Shown: one piece after another, positions 1-17,582 of the stretch
How the letters are laid out: each line of letters begins with the position of its first letter
Numbering within the stretch: the stretch's first letter is position 1
NCBI RefSeq assembly: GCF_009914755.1
Contig: NC_060927.1
Source of the DNA: the human T2T-CHM13v2.0 reference genome, Homo sapiens
Direction: 5' to 3' (one strand)
Length of the DNA: 64,000 bases
The notes under the pieces: generated by a model
What the model saw: the letters and a program-made list of their open reading frames with translations, nothing else
Told to the model about the DNA's origin: nothing
The model's database searches: none
Translations under genes and position numbers: made by a program

Positions 1-1681
1 AGTGTGTTATATGACCACAGTGTAATCAAATTATAAATTAATAACAGAAAGGTAAAGAAAACCTCCAAACACTTGAAAATTAAACACACACTTTAAAACA
101 ATCCGTAAGTTAAAAAGGAAATATAAAGGAAATTAAAAAAATACATTGAACTAGACGAAAATGAAAATATATCAAAATTTGTGTCACACAGCTAAAACAG
201 TACCGAGAGGGAAATCCATAGCACTAAATGCTTACATTCCAAAAGAAGAAAAGTCTCAAAACAGTAATTTAAGCTCACAAGTCAAGAAATTAGAAGAAGA
301 GCAAAATAAACTTAAATCACAAACATGGAAGGAAATAATAGGATAGAAATCAATGAAATGGAAAATTTTAAAAACAGAGAAAAATCAATGAAACAAAAAG
401 TTGGTCCTTTGGACAGAGTGATACTTCATCTAAAAAAAATTACATTTCTATATACGAACAATGAACATATAGAAACCAAAATTTAAATACCATTTATAAT
501 CACTCTAAAAAATAATATCAATAAAGCTATAATTTTTTAAATAAAATACTTAGATATAAATCTAACAAAACATATACAGAACTTGTATGCTGAAAACTAC
601 AAAATATTCCTGAAATCAAAGTGCTAAATAAATGGGGAGATATATCATGTTTTATGGATTGGAAGAGTCAACAAAGCAAAGATGTCAATTCTCCCCCAAA
701 CTGATATACAGGTTTAATACAACTACTGAAAAAAAAAAATAAGCAAGCGAGTTTGTGGCTATAGATAAGATTATTCTAAAATGCGTATGAAAAGGCAAAG
801 AAACTAAAATAGCTAAAGCAATTCTGAAAAAAGAATAAAATAGGAAAAACCATGCTATCCTACTTCAAGACTTATTATATAGCTATAGTAATCAAGATTG
901 TGTGGTATTGTTGGAGGAATAGACATAGATCAATGAAACAGAATACAGAACCCAAAAATATACTTACATAAGTATATCTAACTGATTTTTTACAAAGTGC
1001 AAAAGTAATTTAAGGGAGGAAGGGTAGTCTTTTCTATAAATAGTGCCGGGAGTAAAAAGAAAGAATCTTGACCTAAACCTCACATCTTACATAAAAATTA
1101 ACTAAAAATTTATCATAGATATAAATATGAAAAATAAAACTATAAAACTGGAAGAAAACATAGGAGGAAATCTTCAGGACCTATGACTTGGTGAGGAGCT
1201 CTTAGATATGACACCAAAAGCATAATCCATAAGATAATTCGGAAAACTGGACTGCAACAAAATTGAACACTTTTCAATTTTGCTTCTCTAGGAAAGCCCA
1301 TGTGAAGAGGATGAAAAGACAAGCTAGAAATTGGGAGAAAATATCTGTAAACCACATATCTGATAAGCAACTCAAATCTAGAATGTATAAAGAACTCTTG
1401 AAATTCAACAGTGAAAAAACACAAACAATCCAATTTTAAAATGGGAAAAACACACATACAGACATTTCACAAAGAGGATATATGGATGGCAAATCAGAGC
1501 ATGAAAAGATATTGAGCTATTATGAAAATGCAACTTGAGACCCCAATGAGATAATACTACCTACCCATCAGAACAGCTAAAATGATAAATAGTGACAGTA
1601 TCAAACACTGGCAAGCATGGAGACAAACTGGATCTCTCATGCATTACTGGACTGTAAAATGGTATACTCTAGAAAAGTCTG

Positions 1682-1985
<304 letters not shown>

Positions 1986-2531
1986 CACAGTTTGGCAGTT
2001 TCTTTTAAAACTAAACATGCAATTATTGTACAATCTACCAATCACACTCCTGACATTTATCCCAGAGAAATAAAAATTTGTGTCTACACGAAAACCTCTG
2101 TACAATTGCTCATTGCAGCTTTATTTATAACAACCAAACCTGAAAACAACCAAAATGTCCTACAAATAGTGAATGGTTAAACAAACCGCAGTATATTCAT
2201 TCCATGGAATACTACTCAGCAAAGAAGAAGAATAAACTATGGTCCTGGTACACAGAACAACTTGAATGGATCTCAAGTGCATTATGCTTGGTTATAAAAA
2301 GCCCGTATCAAAAGGTTATATACAATATGCATCCTTTTACGTAACATTCTTGAAATGACAAAATTATAGAAATGGAGGGCTGATAAACAGTTGTCAGAGG
2401 TTAGGGATGGTAGAGAGGAAGGGAATGGGTGTGACTATGAATGAACAGCCAAAGGCATCTGGTGATGGAATAATTCTGTATCTTGATTGCGGTGATGATT
2501 ACAGGAATCTACACACGATAAAGTGACAGTA

Positions 2532-2533
<2 letters not shown>

Positions 2534-2565
<32 letters not shown>
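2534..2565. repeat. (CA)n microsatellite
   Basis: About 16 CA units. Confidence 0.95.
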
Positions 2566-2567
<2 letters not shown>

Positions 2568-2989
2568 TATACCAACATCAATTTCCTGGAGTTGCTGTTT
2601 ACTAGAATTATATAATATGTAATCAATGGGGAAAACTAGGTGAAGGGTACATGAGACTTCTCTGTACTATATTTGCAAATTCCTGCAACTATAATTATCT
2701 TAAAATAAAAGCTGGAAAAAAGTATTAACTTAAGATCCTCATGTACTGGTTACTTAAATTATGCTAATACTTTTTTGTTTAAATATAATTTTTAAATATC
2801 CCCACCAATATCTTATCTGCTAATTAACTGTAATTTTGATGTTTTATGCATGAACACTGAAGGGCACACTTTATAGTGAATAGCTCCTTTACTACATCAC
2901 ATTTCTAAACTGGAAGGTACTATAATCTCAGGACTCTTTGAAATAAAGCTGCTCAAAGACAACTAGTATTCAACTTAAAACAGGAAAGC

Positions 2990-3302
<313 letters not shown>

Positions 3303-3313
3303 CTAGGAAAGCA

Positions 3314-3642
3314 GGCTGAGCATGGTGGCTCATACCTGTCATCCCAGCATTTTGGGAGGCTGAGGCGGGAGGACTGCTTGAGTCCAAGAATTTGAGACCA
3401 GCCTGGGCAACACAATGACACCCCATCTCTACAAAAAAAAAAAAAAAAAGCCAGGCATGGTGGCACACACCTGTGGTCCCAGCTACTTGGGAGTCTGAAG
3501 TGGGAGGATCACTTGAGCTCAGGAGGTCAAGGCTGCGTGAGCTGCGACTGCATCACCGCACTCCAGCCTGGGCAACAAAGTGAGACCCTGTCTCAAAAAA
3601 CAAAAAAAAAAAAAAGAAAAGAAAAAAGAAAAGAAAAGAAAA
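3314..3642 (+). mobile_element. Alu (J-type)
   Basis: Diverged dimer with J-like 'ggaggatcacttgagctcaggagg'. Confidence 0.9.
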
Positions 3643-4214
3643 TCAATTCCACAAGGACAAAGGCAGCTTCAGAATGTTCATACAAGAGACACTGGAATGT
3701 CTTCCAGATCTTACCAGATCCTTCCACAAGGCAGTGGATGTCATAACCTACCACCTTGCCTGGTACATATTAGGAAGCACTCAGTAAACACTGCTAAGTT
3801 AAATGAATGAATGACCTAAGGGCTGCCTTATTTTTGCTCACTGAAACAAGAAATGCAGGTTTACAGATCCCTTGCCATAGTTCTGATCTACAGTTTGAAC
3901 ACTTTTCCACAATAAATCTGTATTTGGAGAGAAAAAGAGAAAGGTTTATACAGATGAAATTTGTCTAAAAGTAGAGTGAAGTAGTAATCAAATACACAGC
4001 ATCCGTGTTACTAGGTTTTATAAAAACATATTTTAATTTGCCTCCCTTATTTCCTAAATCTTCTTCCCAGCATCTGTTTATAAACTGCTCATGTCATAGA
4101 TTATCTCTGTTCTATTAACAAAGACTTTATGCCTATGCTGCAGGCTACCCTTGATCCTGTTTTTTCTTCCACCTTTTACCCTTAACCCCTCCTCAAGCCC
4201 CTACCACATGCACT

Positions 4215-4273
4215 GAGAGAGAGAGAGGCTGAGAGAGACAGAAAGAAAGAGAAAAACAGAGAGAAAGAGAGAG
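4215..4273. repeat. GA-rich simple repeat
   Basis: gagagagagagg...gagaaagagagaga. Confidence 0.7.
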
Positions 4274-5559
4274 ATGACTGCACCTTGCAAAATAGGAATT
4301 TAGACAAAACAGGCTTCATTTGGCACACAAATATTCAAACACAAAGTGTTCACCATAAAGTATATACAGAATACAGAAGACTCAAATACACAATACAGAA
4401 GACAAAACTGAGTTGTGCCACCCTTACTGAATTCACCTTCAGCCACAGGACTTGAGAACTGGTTACCAAATCTGTAGATTCTATTAAGGCTCCAAGTTGC
4501 TTGGGGATGGAGTGAAGAGGAGGGTAGAGGTCAGTTTCGTCATTTGTTAGGAACTAAGAGGGGTAGGGAACTAAACTTGATAGGACCTTTTACACTGATA
4601 ATGTTATTAAATGCTTGTAACTATAAGGTAGACATAATCTATACCGGATAGGTGGGAAAACTGCAGCTGTAAGGCTCAAGAGGTAAAGCTAGATTCAACC
4701 CAGACTTCCTTACTTCAAATATTCTAAAGCCTAGGATCTTTCCACCACATCCTTCTTCTACAAATCCAACTTTGGGAATTACAGCTACTCCCTTTCTCTA
4801 AAATAATTTCTTCTCCTTAGAGCACTAATAAGCTAATCAGAGACCTGTTGGTAGAGGAAGGAGCCTGAGATTACACTTGTTACAACTGCTCTTTATCCAC
4901 TGTATTACCTTGAAGTCAGGTTGTCCTCTCTATGATCATGTTACTTTTTGAATTTAGTTGATTTCTAAGTTATTCTAAGAATAAAAAACACTGACTCCAA
5001 GATGGCTTCTGTTGCAAATGCAAACACTTAAATCAGAGCTATTAACATTGTCCAAAATGTACTTTCCAGAGGAAACACTATTTGTTTATTTAATTCTATC
5101 TGGCAACGTTAAACCATTTCCAGTTGCTTCCATTTTTCATTTTACTAAAATTATCTTTAGTGGGATCAACTCTTCTCTGCAAAATGTAATTAAATATTAC
5201 CCTATATGTTGGTTCTGAGCTGTATTTTTTTCTGACCATGTCACAAATTTCACCAATTACTTTTCACACTGGCAATAGTCTTCCGTGGCTTTTATTTCTA
5301 CAAACCTAATTTTTCCCCGAGTGCTTTATCCTTCTGGCTCTGGAGGTACATGTGTAAATCTGTAATGAACACAAAACCTGTAATGGAACGTCCTACACCT
5401 AGTGCTCTGAAAAGTTGGTTCAGTGTATCCAATATTTAAAGTCTAATAACACGGGCATGCTAAGGGAAGTTTGCTATTCAGATTAAACAATGCTCTGACG
5501 TGAGCTTCGTGAATGGTTAAAGAAACAATCGTCCCCTTTCTCACTCCCCATCTCTTCCA

Positions 5560-6480
5560 ACTGGGAGAAGCCCTTGGCGCCCATCTGTCAGCCCAGGGTT
5601 CCTGCAGGCGCGTGCCTTGGGTGGCCCCGGGGTCCGGGAACAGGCTGACGGGAGAAAGGGGACAGAGGACTCCAAGAAGCCCAGTGAAGCCCCGTGGGGA
5701 GCCCCATGGTCAAGGCCGGGACTGAGGGCCGGGTGGGCCCTGGGCCGCCTCCACCTCTGGGCCCGCCCTGCGCCACACCCTAACCCGCCTGCTCTTGGCT
5801 AACGGGCCGCGGCACCCGCCTCCGCCCGCCAGCCCTCACCTCGCCCGGACGGCGGCCTTCGGAAGTCGGCGCCTGCCAGCTACCCGCCGCCTCCTCAGCA
5901 ATCTTAGCCGACCGGGAGGGCTCGGCCCAGGTCACCGGCAGCCCAGGCGCAGGTAGGCCGTGGTGCGCGTGCGCGAGTCTTGAGCCACCCCACCTCCCCC
6001 CTACCCCGCATTCGCTGCTGCTAAGCGACACCCGCACCCAAACCGACCAATCCCGGCGCGCCTCCACAGCCCCCGTCCCGGCGAAGGCGCGAACGTAGTG
6101 GTTCTTAAAGGGCTGCGACCCAAACGGAGAGGGAGTGTGACGGGGGCGCGCGCCTCCCAACTTTCTTCCCACCTCCCGGCTCTCACCGCGGCGGTTTGAG
6201 ATCCAAGCCTGTAATTCTCACGTCCGGAGGTGAGAAGGAGCCTTCGTGATCTAAGCTCGATTCCTGCCGGGGTAGCAACCGGACTGACGTCTGGAGGCGG
6301 GGAGGCTCCGCGTGACAGAGTGATAACGCCCGGGGCGTATGTTCTGCGGTCCGCGCGGCTGGGCGGGAGGCCCGAGATAGGCAAACCAAAGAGCACAACC
6401 TACTGCCAGCCTGGATGGGGCGCCAAAGTCCGACCCAGGGGGACACACCCCAAGCTGGGGACCGAGGCACCCACAGATGG
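5560..6480. promoter_or_regulatory. SEC22C: CpG-island promoter, probably SEC22C (- strand) and possibly bidirectional
   Basis: Sharp GC/CpG rise; ETS CGGAAGT 5860-5866, CCAAT ~6047, TGACG half-CRE sites, GC boxes. Gene name comes from recalled gene order upstream of SS18L2; no SEC22C coding sequence is in the window. Confidence 0.7.
5840..5960 (-). other. SEC22C: Candidate non-coding first exon of SEC22C (5' end approximate)
   Basis: - strand donor GAG|GTGAGG at 5840/5839 inside the CpG island. Confidence 0.5.
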
Positions 6481-6524
6481 ATGACTGGCTGGAAGGAGAT
6501 TAGGTAGGTAGCAGAGTCCGTCCA

Positions 6525-7540
6525 TTTATTCATTTAGCAAGTATTGAGCACCTGCTATGTGCCAGGGGTTGTGGACAAAGCGAGGAATTCCTGACACGAA
6601 AAACTATGTTAAGAGAGGAGGCAGGGTGAGAGCACCCTTCAAACAATCAAACACCTGTATAAATACAAACTGCTCTTCAGGGAGGAGCAGGGGTTTTGGG
6701 AGAATTTACAGAAGCTTCTAGGCTGGTGTTGGGAATCACAGGAGGCTAACTAGGCAAAGGGGAGAGGAAGTGTGTTTCAGATGGAGAGATTAGCATGTAT
6801 ATAAGAACTCTGTGGAAGGCAGCAGAGCTCCTTTGAGGGATGAAAAGAAACCCAGAAAGGGGGAAATGGAAAGTTAGTGCTTAATAGGTACAGAATTTCA
6901 GCTGGAGAAGATGAAACAGTTCTGGAAATGGATAGTAGTGATGATCACACAACAATGTGAATGTACCAAATGCCACAGATCTGCACACTTAAAAATGGTT
7001 ATGTACATTTTACCACAAAAAGAAAAGAAACTCAGAGTTTAGAGAATAAAGGAGTGGAGTGAGATCCACTAGAGCGAATAGAAGGGGCAGGACCATGTAG
7101 GATTTTATGGACCATAGTGGAAAGTTTAGGACCATAGAACACTGGTCAAAATTGCATTTTATAAAACTCACTTTGGCTGCTAAAGTGCAGATCAAAATGG
7201 AGAAGTCTCAACAGAGCTATGGTGGGACTGGCCTGGGAGCCAGTGCAGTCATCTGGGCAAGAGAGAATGGAGCTGGAGTGTGGACTAGGGTGAGAGTGAA
7301 GAAAAAGAGATCTAAGAAGGCTGCAGAGAAATGTAGGAGCAAAATCAATAGGACTTGGTGATGAGTTGGATGTGAAGGGGCGATGAAGCAGCTTCAAGGA
7401 TGATGCCACTGTTCAGCCTTGGATAAATGGATGGATGGTGCAGGGATTCACAGATATGGAGAACACTGGAAGAGGAGATAAGATTGATCTTGAGCTCCAT
7501 CTTAGACAAGTTGAATTTGAGGCACCTTTGAGACTTGGTT
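6525..7540 (+). mobile_element. L2 fragments with an embedded L1 3'-end piece (~6860-7020)
   Basis: L2 3'-end motif 'cattcatttagcaagtattgagcacctgctatgtgccagg'; L1 tail 'cacacaacaatgtgaatgtac...cacttaaaaatggtta'. Confidence 0.6.
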
Positions 7541-7545
7541 AGGAT

Positions 7546-8549
<1,004 letters not shown>

Positions 8550-8847
8550 GGGACATAGACTTTTGAAAGTCAGCATCATATGGGCGGAAATCGAAGTGGG
8601 GCTTACATAGCCAGAGAAAAATTACAAAATGAAAACTGAAGAGAATTGTGATACAGTCTAAGATAGCCTCCAGGGTTCACCACCTCCTGGGATTTATACC
8701 CTTGTGTAGTCCCCTCCCACAATGAGTCTCTGATAATGAGGGTAGGTCATAACAGGCACAAAGAAGGAGAAAAACCAGGAGATTCAGGGTTGGTAAAGGC
8801 AATTGAAAACCCTGTAGCATAAGTGCTCTTCAAATATGGGGAATTGG

Positions 8848-9159
<312 letters not shown>

Positions 9160-10202
9160 ATATGGGGAATTGGGCTCTCAAAACTTGTGGTGCGAGTGCT
9201 TTAGAACAGGACCTTACACTCTCTGACTGGTGCAACTGGTGTGGTTCAGGCACCATGGTAGATTGGACAACAGGGGTGAGATGTAGTACCTAAAGTCCTA
9301 GCTCTCATCTCCAATCATTGTTCACTTTGGCTCCAGGTTCACAGTCAACTCCAGAGTCTTTCTCTTCCAGTCCTCTTCAGTCCTCCACTCCTAGGGTAAC
9401 ACCCTGGACCACAGAAGAGCTCCACCTCTGAAGTTATAAATGCAGACACCTGATCTTTCATCTGTCCTTCTGCTATTCTCTGAATTCCTTTCATGGTTTC
9501 TCTAGCCTGCAGAAACTTCCAGTTCATTTGTCCCTCTACTTTGTTTTATTTATAAGCTCCATCGAGTCTTCATTTCCTTCCCCATCAGCTGAGAGTTCAG
9601 GGTTTATCACCTCCATCACATTCTTCCCAATATACTTATATTCCTTGCACAGTTATCTTTCTGGCATAACTAGAAGGATAGTAACACCCATCTGGCAGCA
9701 CTACAATCCTGGAAGAATCCAACCTTCTGTCTTCTCTGAATCTGCTTCTTGGCTCTAAGTGCTGCTGGACAAAATCTCACAACCACACAGATCAGTGCTA
9801 CATACATTGTCAACTTCAACTAGGTCCTCAACACCTTTCAGCGCTCCTATTTGCCAAGGCAGCTCTCTCTCCAGCTCTCCCCCAAAATCAACTTCCAAAT
9901 ATCCTGCATGCTCCCCAGATCTCCCACTCTTCAACCCCCCCTCCCCCGCTTGCTCTCCCAGGAACCTCCGTTACTGAAGAAAGAGCAACCATCAAAGTGA
10001 TGTCCCTTAGCTCCAGACAACTCCTCTCCTTCCAGCTACCACCTTCTTTCCCCTCTCCCCTTTACAACCAAACCTCATGGAAAAAGTGGTCTATATGTGA
10101 ACACTCCATTGCTTCACCTTCACCTTTCATTATTTCTCAGTCCCCTGCAGTTCTGATACCTGTTTCACCATATCACTGAAAATGCCCTCCTCAAAGACCT
10201 AG

Positions 10203-10598
<396 letters not shown>

Positions 10599-11440
10599 TA
10601 ACCCCCACTCTCCTGGTTTTCCTCTTCCTATATCTCTAGTCTCTTTCTCCCCTCAGTCTCCATTGCAGCTTCTTTTCCTCTGCCATAAGAGAAACTATCA
10701 CATTCTCCTTAGGCAGTCTTATCCACTACATAGTTCCAGTCAGTTTCTACAAGTGATGTTTCTCAAAGCTGTATCTCCAACCTAGCCTTTGTCCCTGAGT
10801 TTCAGCCCCAAATAGCCACAAGCCTCAACATCGTTTGACATCACCTCACACTGTACATTTCCACAACTGAATATATCACCTTCATTTCCATTCCAGCATC
10901 TCCCCCACTGTTCCCTGCCTACATAAGGGGCATCACCAGTTTCTCAGTTGCTTAACCCAGAACCCCAGAAGGCATCCCTAATTTCCCTTTTCTTTCCCTC
11001 CCCACTTGATCACTAAGGCCTGCCAAATCTACTTCTAATGTCTTTCAAATGCACACACTTCTTTTCTCATTGCTCCCACTATCTCTGGCCTGCATGCTTG
11101 TAGCAGCCTTGTCACTGTTCTTTTTGTTTCTCATCTGGGCGTCTTCCCTAACTTTCACCATGTTACAGCCAATAAAACTCTAAATGCATCTCAGGCTTCA
11201 TCATTCTTCTGCCTAAAACCATCCATGGCTCCCATTACTCCTAGGAGAGTACAGAATCTGGACACCTGTGTCCTGCTTAACCTCCACTTTGCCTTTATAC
11301 TGCCTTTATAAACCTTTTCTTCTGGAGGTCTTTCCCTGTATGCTGGAACAGGTTGGTCCCCTATAACACCTGCCTCACCCTAACACCATCTCATTTTTTT
11401 TTACCTGATAGAAACTTTAATGATGTTAAAAAACCAATCA

Positions 11441-12469
<1,029 letters not shown>

Positions 12470-12977
12470 TCAGAGCCATAAACATAAAGCCTACAGGTAA
12501 GATACTTAATACCCAGGACAGATCTTTGTGTGTATATATACATACCATATGTAGCATTATGTTATATAGTATTATATAAATTACATGAAATTTTGCATAA
12601 GATTGGTAAGCAAGTCACTTAAACTTTATGAACAAAAGTATAGGCCGGGCATGGTGGTTCATGCCCATAATCCCAGGGAAGCTTTCACAGGTGGGAGGAT
12701 TGTTGTCTGGACCATCTCATGTTATTGTCATTCCTCACTTGTCTAAACAGGAATAGGGCTGAGTGGAACTACGGAAGACCTGTATCCTGCTCCTGATGTT
12801 TCCTTTTCTGCCCACTCTGTGTCTCTGAAAGCTTTGGGGAATTTTCCTGAGGAGGAAGCCTGATGTGGAGTTAACAGTGCAGGCTTGGTAACCAGGAAGC
12901 CCTGAGTCCGCCCCAGCTCAGGTGTTACCTCACTTCTCTCACCGGGTTTACCTCTCTGTGAAATGGGATGAAAGCAG

Positions 12978-13379
<402 letters not shown>

Positions 13380-13512
13380 TCAGGGGAATAAAGCTCTAGG
13401 GACCTCCCCTTTTTAGGAGTGTAGGTTCCCAAGATCTCCCTCCTAAATGAAGTGGCCGCTGCTCACTCCAGGGAAAACGAATCTTGTTACCACATCCACC
13501 ACGGATGGCTAG

Positions 13513-13825
13513 AACAGGGGACCGGTACCGCATAGCAGGAGGTGAGCAGAGGGCGGATAAGCATTACCGCCGAGCATTCTGCCCCCTCAGATCAGCGGGG
13601 GCATTAGGATCAGCGGGAGCATTAGATTCTCACAGGAGCGTGAACCCTATTGTGAACTGGACTTGCAAGAGATCTAGGTTGCGCGCTCCTAATGAGAATC
13701 TAATGCCTGCTGATGTGAGGTAAAAGAGTTTCATACCAAAACCACCCCCACCTCCGTGGAAGACAAGAAAAATTGTCTTCCACGAAACCAATTCCTGGTG
13801 CCAAAAAGGCTGGGGACCACTGGTC
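13513..13825 (+). mobile_element. MER1-type (hAT-Charlie) DNA transposon relic
   Basis: gcattagattctcacaggagcgtgaaccctattgtgaactg ... gtgccaaaaaggctggggaccactg. Confidence 0.8.
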
Positions 13826-14370
13826 TAGAAGACTACAACCAATTCAGTTGCAGTGGTCACCAGGAGTAACCATGTGGCCCAAGAAGGTATGTCCAGCTTC
13901 CTCCTTGCATCTTGCGGCACAACACCTTTGCGGTATGGTGCCTGGGCAGTCCCGGGTTGTTAAGGGTGAGAGTTCTAAAGCCAGGCTGCCCGTATTCAGA
14001 GACTGGCTTTGCTAAGGAACCTTGGGCAAGTTACTTAACCTGTTTCGTCATCTGTAAAATGGAGAAAATACCAGTGCTTTTTAGGGTTGCCAACCTAATA
14101 AGCATTATTCCTGCCCCAAATAAGTCCAGGCTATGTGGAAAAACGCGAATTTCTCGTTCAGCAAAGAGTAAAGCTAATACCAGAGTTTTCCTGGCCTGCA
14201 GATTTGGCCTGGCAGGAGACAATGCCATAGCCAATGTTCATGCTCCAGATGCAGACCTGGAGGCACAGAGTGATGTAGAGAGGACAATGGATCTGAAGCC
14301 ATGTATCTGGGTGCCAGACACGCTGGGTGAAGCCGAGCAAACCGCTCCTGCAGATAGATTGAGTATGCAC

Positions 14371-14592
14371 ACCCAGCACTTTGGGAGGCCGAGGCGGGCG
14401 GATCACGAGGTCAGGAGACCGAGACCATCCTGGCTAATATGGTGAAACCCCGTCTCTACTAATACAAAAAATTAGACGGGCGTGGTGGCGGGCGCCTGTA
14501 GTCCCAGGAGGCGGAGCTTGCAGTGAGCTGAGATGCGCCACTGCACTCCAGCCTGGGCGACAGAGCGAGACTCCATCTCAAAAAAAAAAAAA
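14371..14592 (+). mobile_element. 5'-truncated, internally deleted AluY-like element
   Basis: cccagcactttgggaggccgaggcgggcggatcacgagg...; the gaggctgaggcaggagaat segment is missing. Confidence 0.9.
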
Positions 14593-14599
14593 GCATGCA

Positions 14600-14891
14600 C
14601 AGCCTAACACTGGAGGTGCTGACGCCAGGTAGGTCAGCAGTAGACCCAGCCCCAACCCACAAGTTTCGCTCTCCAGACTGCGCAAGCGCAAAGGATACGA
14701 AAACGCCCCCGGCGTTCTGGGGGCTGGGACCGAGGAAAGCGCTGAGTATAGCTCTTGCGCGTCCAGTCACAAATGACGTCCCTTCTGTACCCCGCCCTGT
14801 AGGCGGGAGCATCCAATCAACTTCGAGAGCGTAGGCCCCACCTATCGTGGGTCGAGTTGCTTGGCGGTCGTGGTTCCGGAGGTTCCTCGGG
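14600..14891 (+). promoter_or_regulatory. SS18L2: SS18L2 CpG-island promoter and 5' UTR
   Basis: NRF1-like TGCGCAAGCGCA 14679-14690, CRE-like TGACGTC 14774-14780, CCAAT 14813-14817, directly upstream of the ATG. Confidence 0.8.
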
Positions 14892-14960
14892 ATGTCGGTG
14901 GCCTTCGTACCGGACTGGCTGAGGGGCAAGGCGGAAGTCAATCAAGAGACTATCCAGCGG
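14892..14960 (+). CDS. SS18L2: SS18-like protein 2, coding exon 1 (MSVAFVPDWLRGKAEVNQETIQR)
   Basis: ATG at 14892; donor CGG|GTGAGC; three exons of 69+77+88=234 nt give a 77-aa SSXT/SNH-domain protein. Confidence 0.97.
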
Positions 14961-15195
14961 GTGAGCATCCACGCGGGCGGGCGGGCGGGCGGAGAGAAGT
15001 CGGGATCCCGAGGGGCTGCGGGGTGCGAGAAGCATCCTGTAGTGAGCGGCCTCCCAGCTGACTGTGAAGGGTGCTGAGCAGCCGGGGTGCGGGGTGAGAT
15101 GGGCACGAAATCAGCACAGGCGCCGGGGCAGGACCCCGGCATGGGGTTCGGTCCCCCGCCGTCCAGACGTCACACTGCACTAACCCTTTCTCTCC

Positions 15196-15486
15196 TTTTT
15201 TTTTTTTTTTTGAGACGGAGTCCCGCTCTGTCGCCCAGGCTGGAGTGCAGTGGTGCATCTTGGCTCACTGAAACCACCGCTTCCTGGCTTCAAGCGAGTC
15301 TCCTGCCTCAGCCTCCTGAGTAGCTGGGATTACAGGAGCGCGACGCCACTCCCGGCTAATTTTTGTATTTTTAGTATGGGGTTTCCCCATGTTGGCCAGG
15401 CTAGTCTCGAACTCCTGACCTCGTGATCCGCCTAGATCGGCCTCCCAAAGGGCCGGGGTTACAGGCGTGAGCCACTGCGCCCGGCC
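15196..15486 (-). mobile_element. Alu in SS18L2 intron 1
   Basis: Antisense dimer; 16-bp TSD tgcact(a/g)accctttct. Confidence 0.95.
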
Positions 15487-15518
15487 TGCACTGACCCTTT
15501 CTTTCTCTGATCTTTCAG

Positions 15519-15595
15519 CTCCTTGAGGAGAATGACCAGCTGATCCGCTGTATTGTGGAGTATCAGAACAAGGGCCGCGGGAACGAGTGCGTGCA
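15519..15595 (+). CDS. SS18L2: SS18L2 coding exon 2 (LLEENDQLIRCIVEYQNKGRGNECVQ)
   Basis: Acceptor tctttcag|, donor CA|GTAAGT; SSXT domain core. Confidence 0.97.
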
Positions 15596-16184
15596 GTAAG
15601 TACCCCCACCCCCGCGCCCCTGACCTGTGGGTAGAGGGGAAGCCTGTGTGATGCGGTGCTTTCTCGAACTAAGAGTCTTGGGTGATTGATCGCAGTTAAG
15701 CCCCTCTTTGAACTGAGGAAAGAGAGGCTCAAAGAGTTTGCCAACCTGCCCAAGACCATACAACGAGTACACTGCGGAGCCTGGAGTCAGACGTGGCTCT
15801 TTCTTCAAAATGTGAATTATTCTCACTGCAAAGCCTCCTTCACTCAAAGCTATGCCGGCTGATGACAACAGGGATGGGGGTGAGAGCACACAGAAAACTA
15901 AGCTCAGGAGATTAGAGCCATGGCCCCTTTCTCATCTTGGATCCCTGCCTCATCCTTTCTCTGTTAAGTGAAGGGGTCAGGCCATTTGACTGCTAAGCTT
16001 CCTCTCATTTCTAACTTCCCGTCAGTCTGTTAGTGACACACACACAAAGACAAACAAAGGATTTACAAGTTAAGTCAAAGGTAAATTGTGCATAATAATT
16101 TAATGCACTCCCTAAGTAGATACCAAAATGAGAGAAAATAGAGTCTGAGTCTCTTTTCCGAATCTAGTCCAGGTATTACGCCCA

Positions 16185-16509
<325 letters not shown>

Positions 16510-16941
16510 TAGAAAAATATATTATTTCATTGTTACTGAAGAAATGTTTCACAATCCCTACCCCCTAGAAAAATTACCTACAGTCCCTCACTGAATACCT
16601 TAATAGAATAGTAGAGATATCAGTTTTTGGGTAAATCTTTACATCTGACTCTGGCATTTGGTAATTTGATTTTTAAAAGTTTATGGTAAATACCTTCTCC
16701 TTTTTCTATATGAAAAATGGTTGCAAAACATTCCATTTGGTACAGTAATTCTCAACCCAAGGGTAAGAAAGTTATCAAAATCTCCTAGTGGGGTTTTTCA
16801 ATTGCACAGGCCATGCTTTCTGAGCCCTTGTCTGATTTATTTTTTTGGGTGAAGAACTCTACCCCCCCCACCGTAAACTTATGTTGATCATGAAAATGTT
16901 TTGTCCCTTCTTGAAGTTGTTGAACAGATATTTTATAAGTA

Positions 16942-17582
<641 letters not shown>

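Noticed and set aside
161-1457. L1 ORF2-like peptides
   Set aside because: Fragmented ancient L1 with stops and frameshifts; not an active element
5513-6533. Many overlapping 60-130-aa ORFs (similar clusters at 14.4-15.9 kb and 24.3-25.4 kb)
   Set aside because: Expected stop-codon depletion in GC-rich CpG islands; only frames matching SS18L2/NKTR exons are supported
13912-14445. 177-aa ORF upstream of SS18L2
   Set aside because: Non-ATG start, includes MIR-like sequence, ends in an Alu, no recognisable domain
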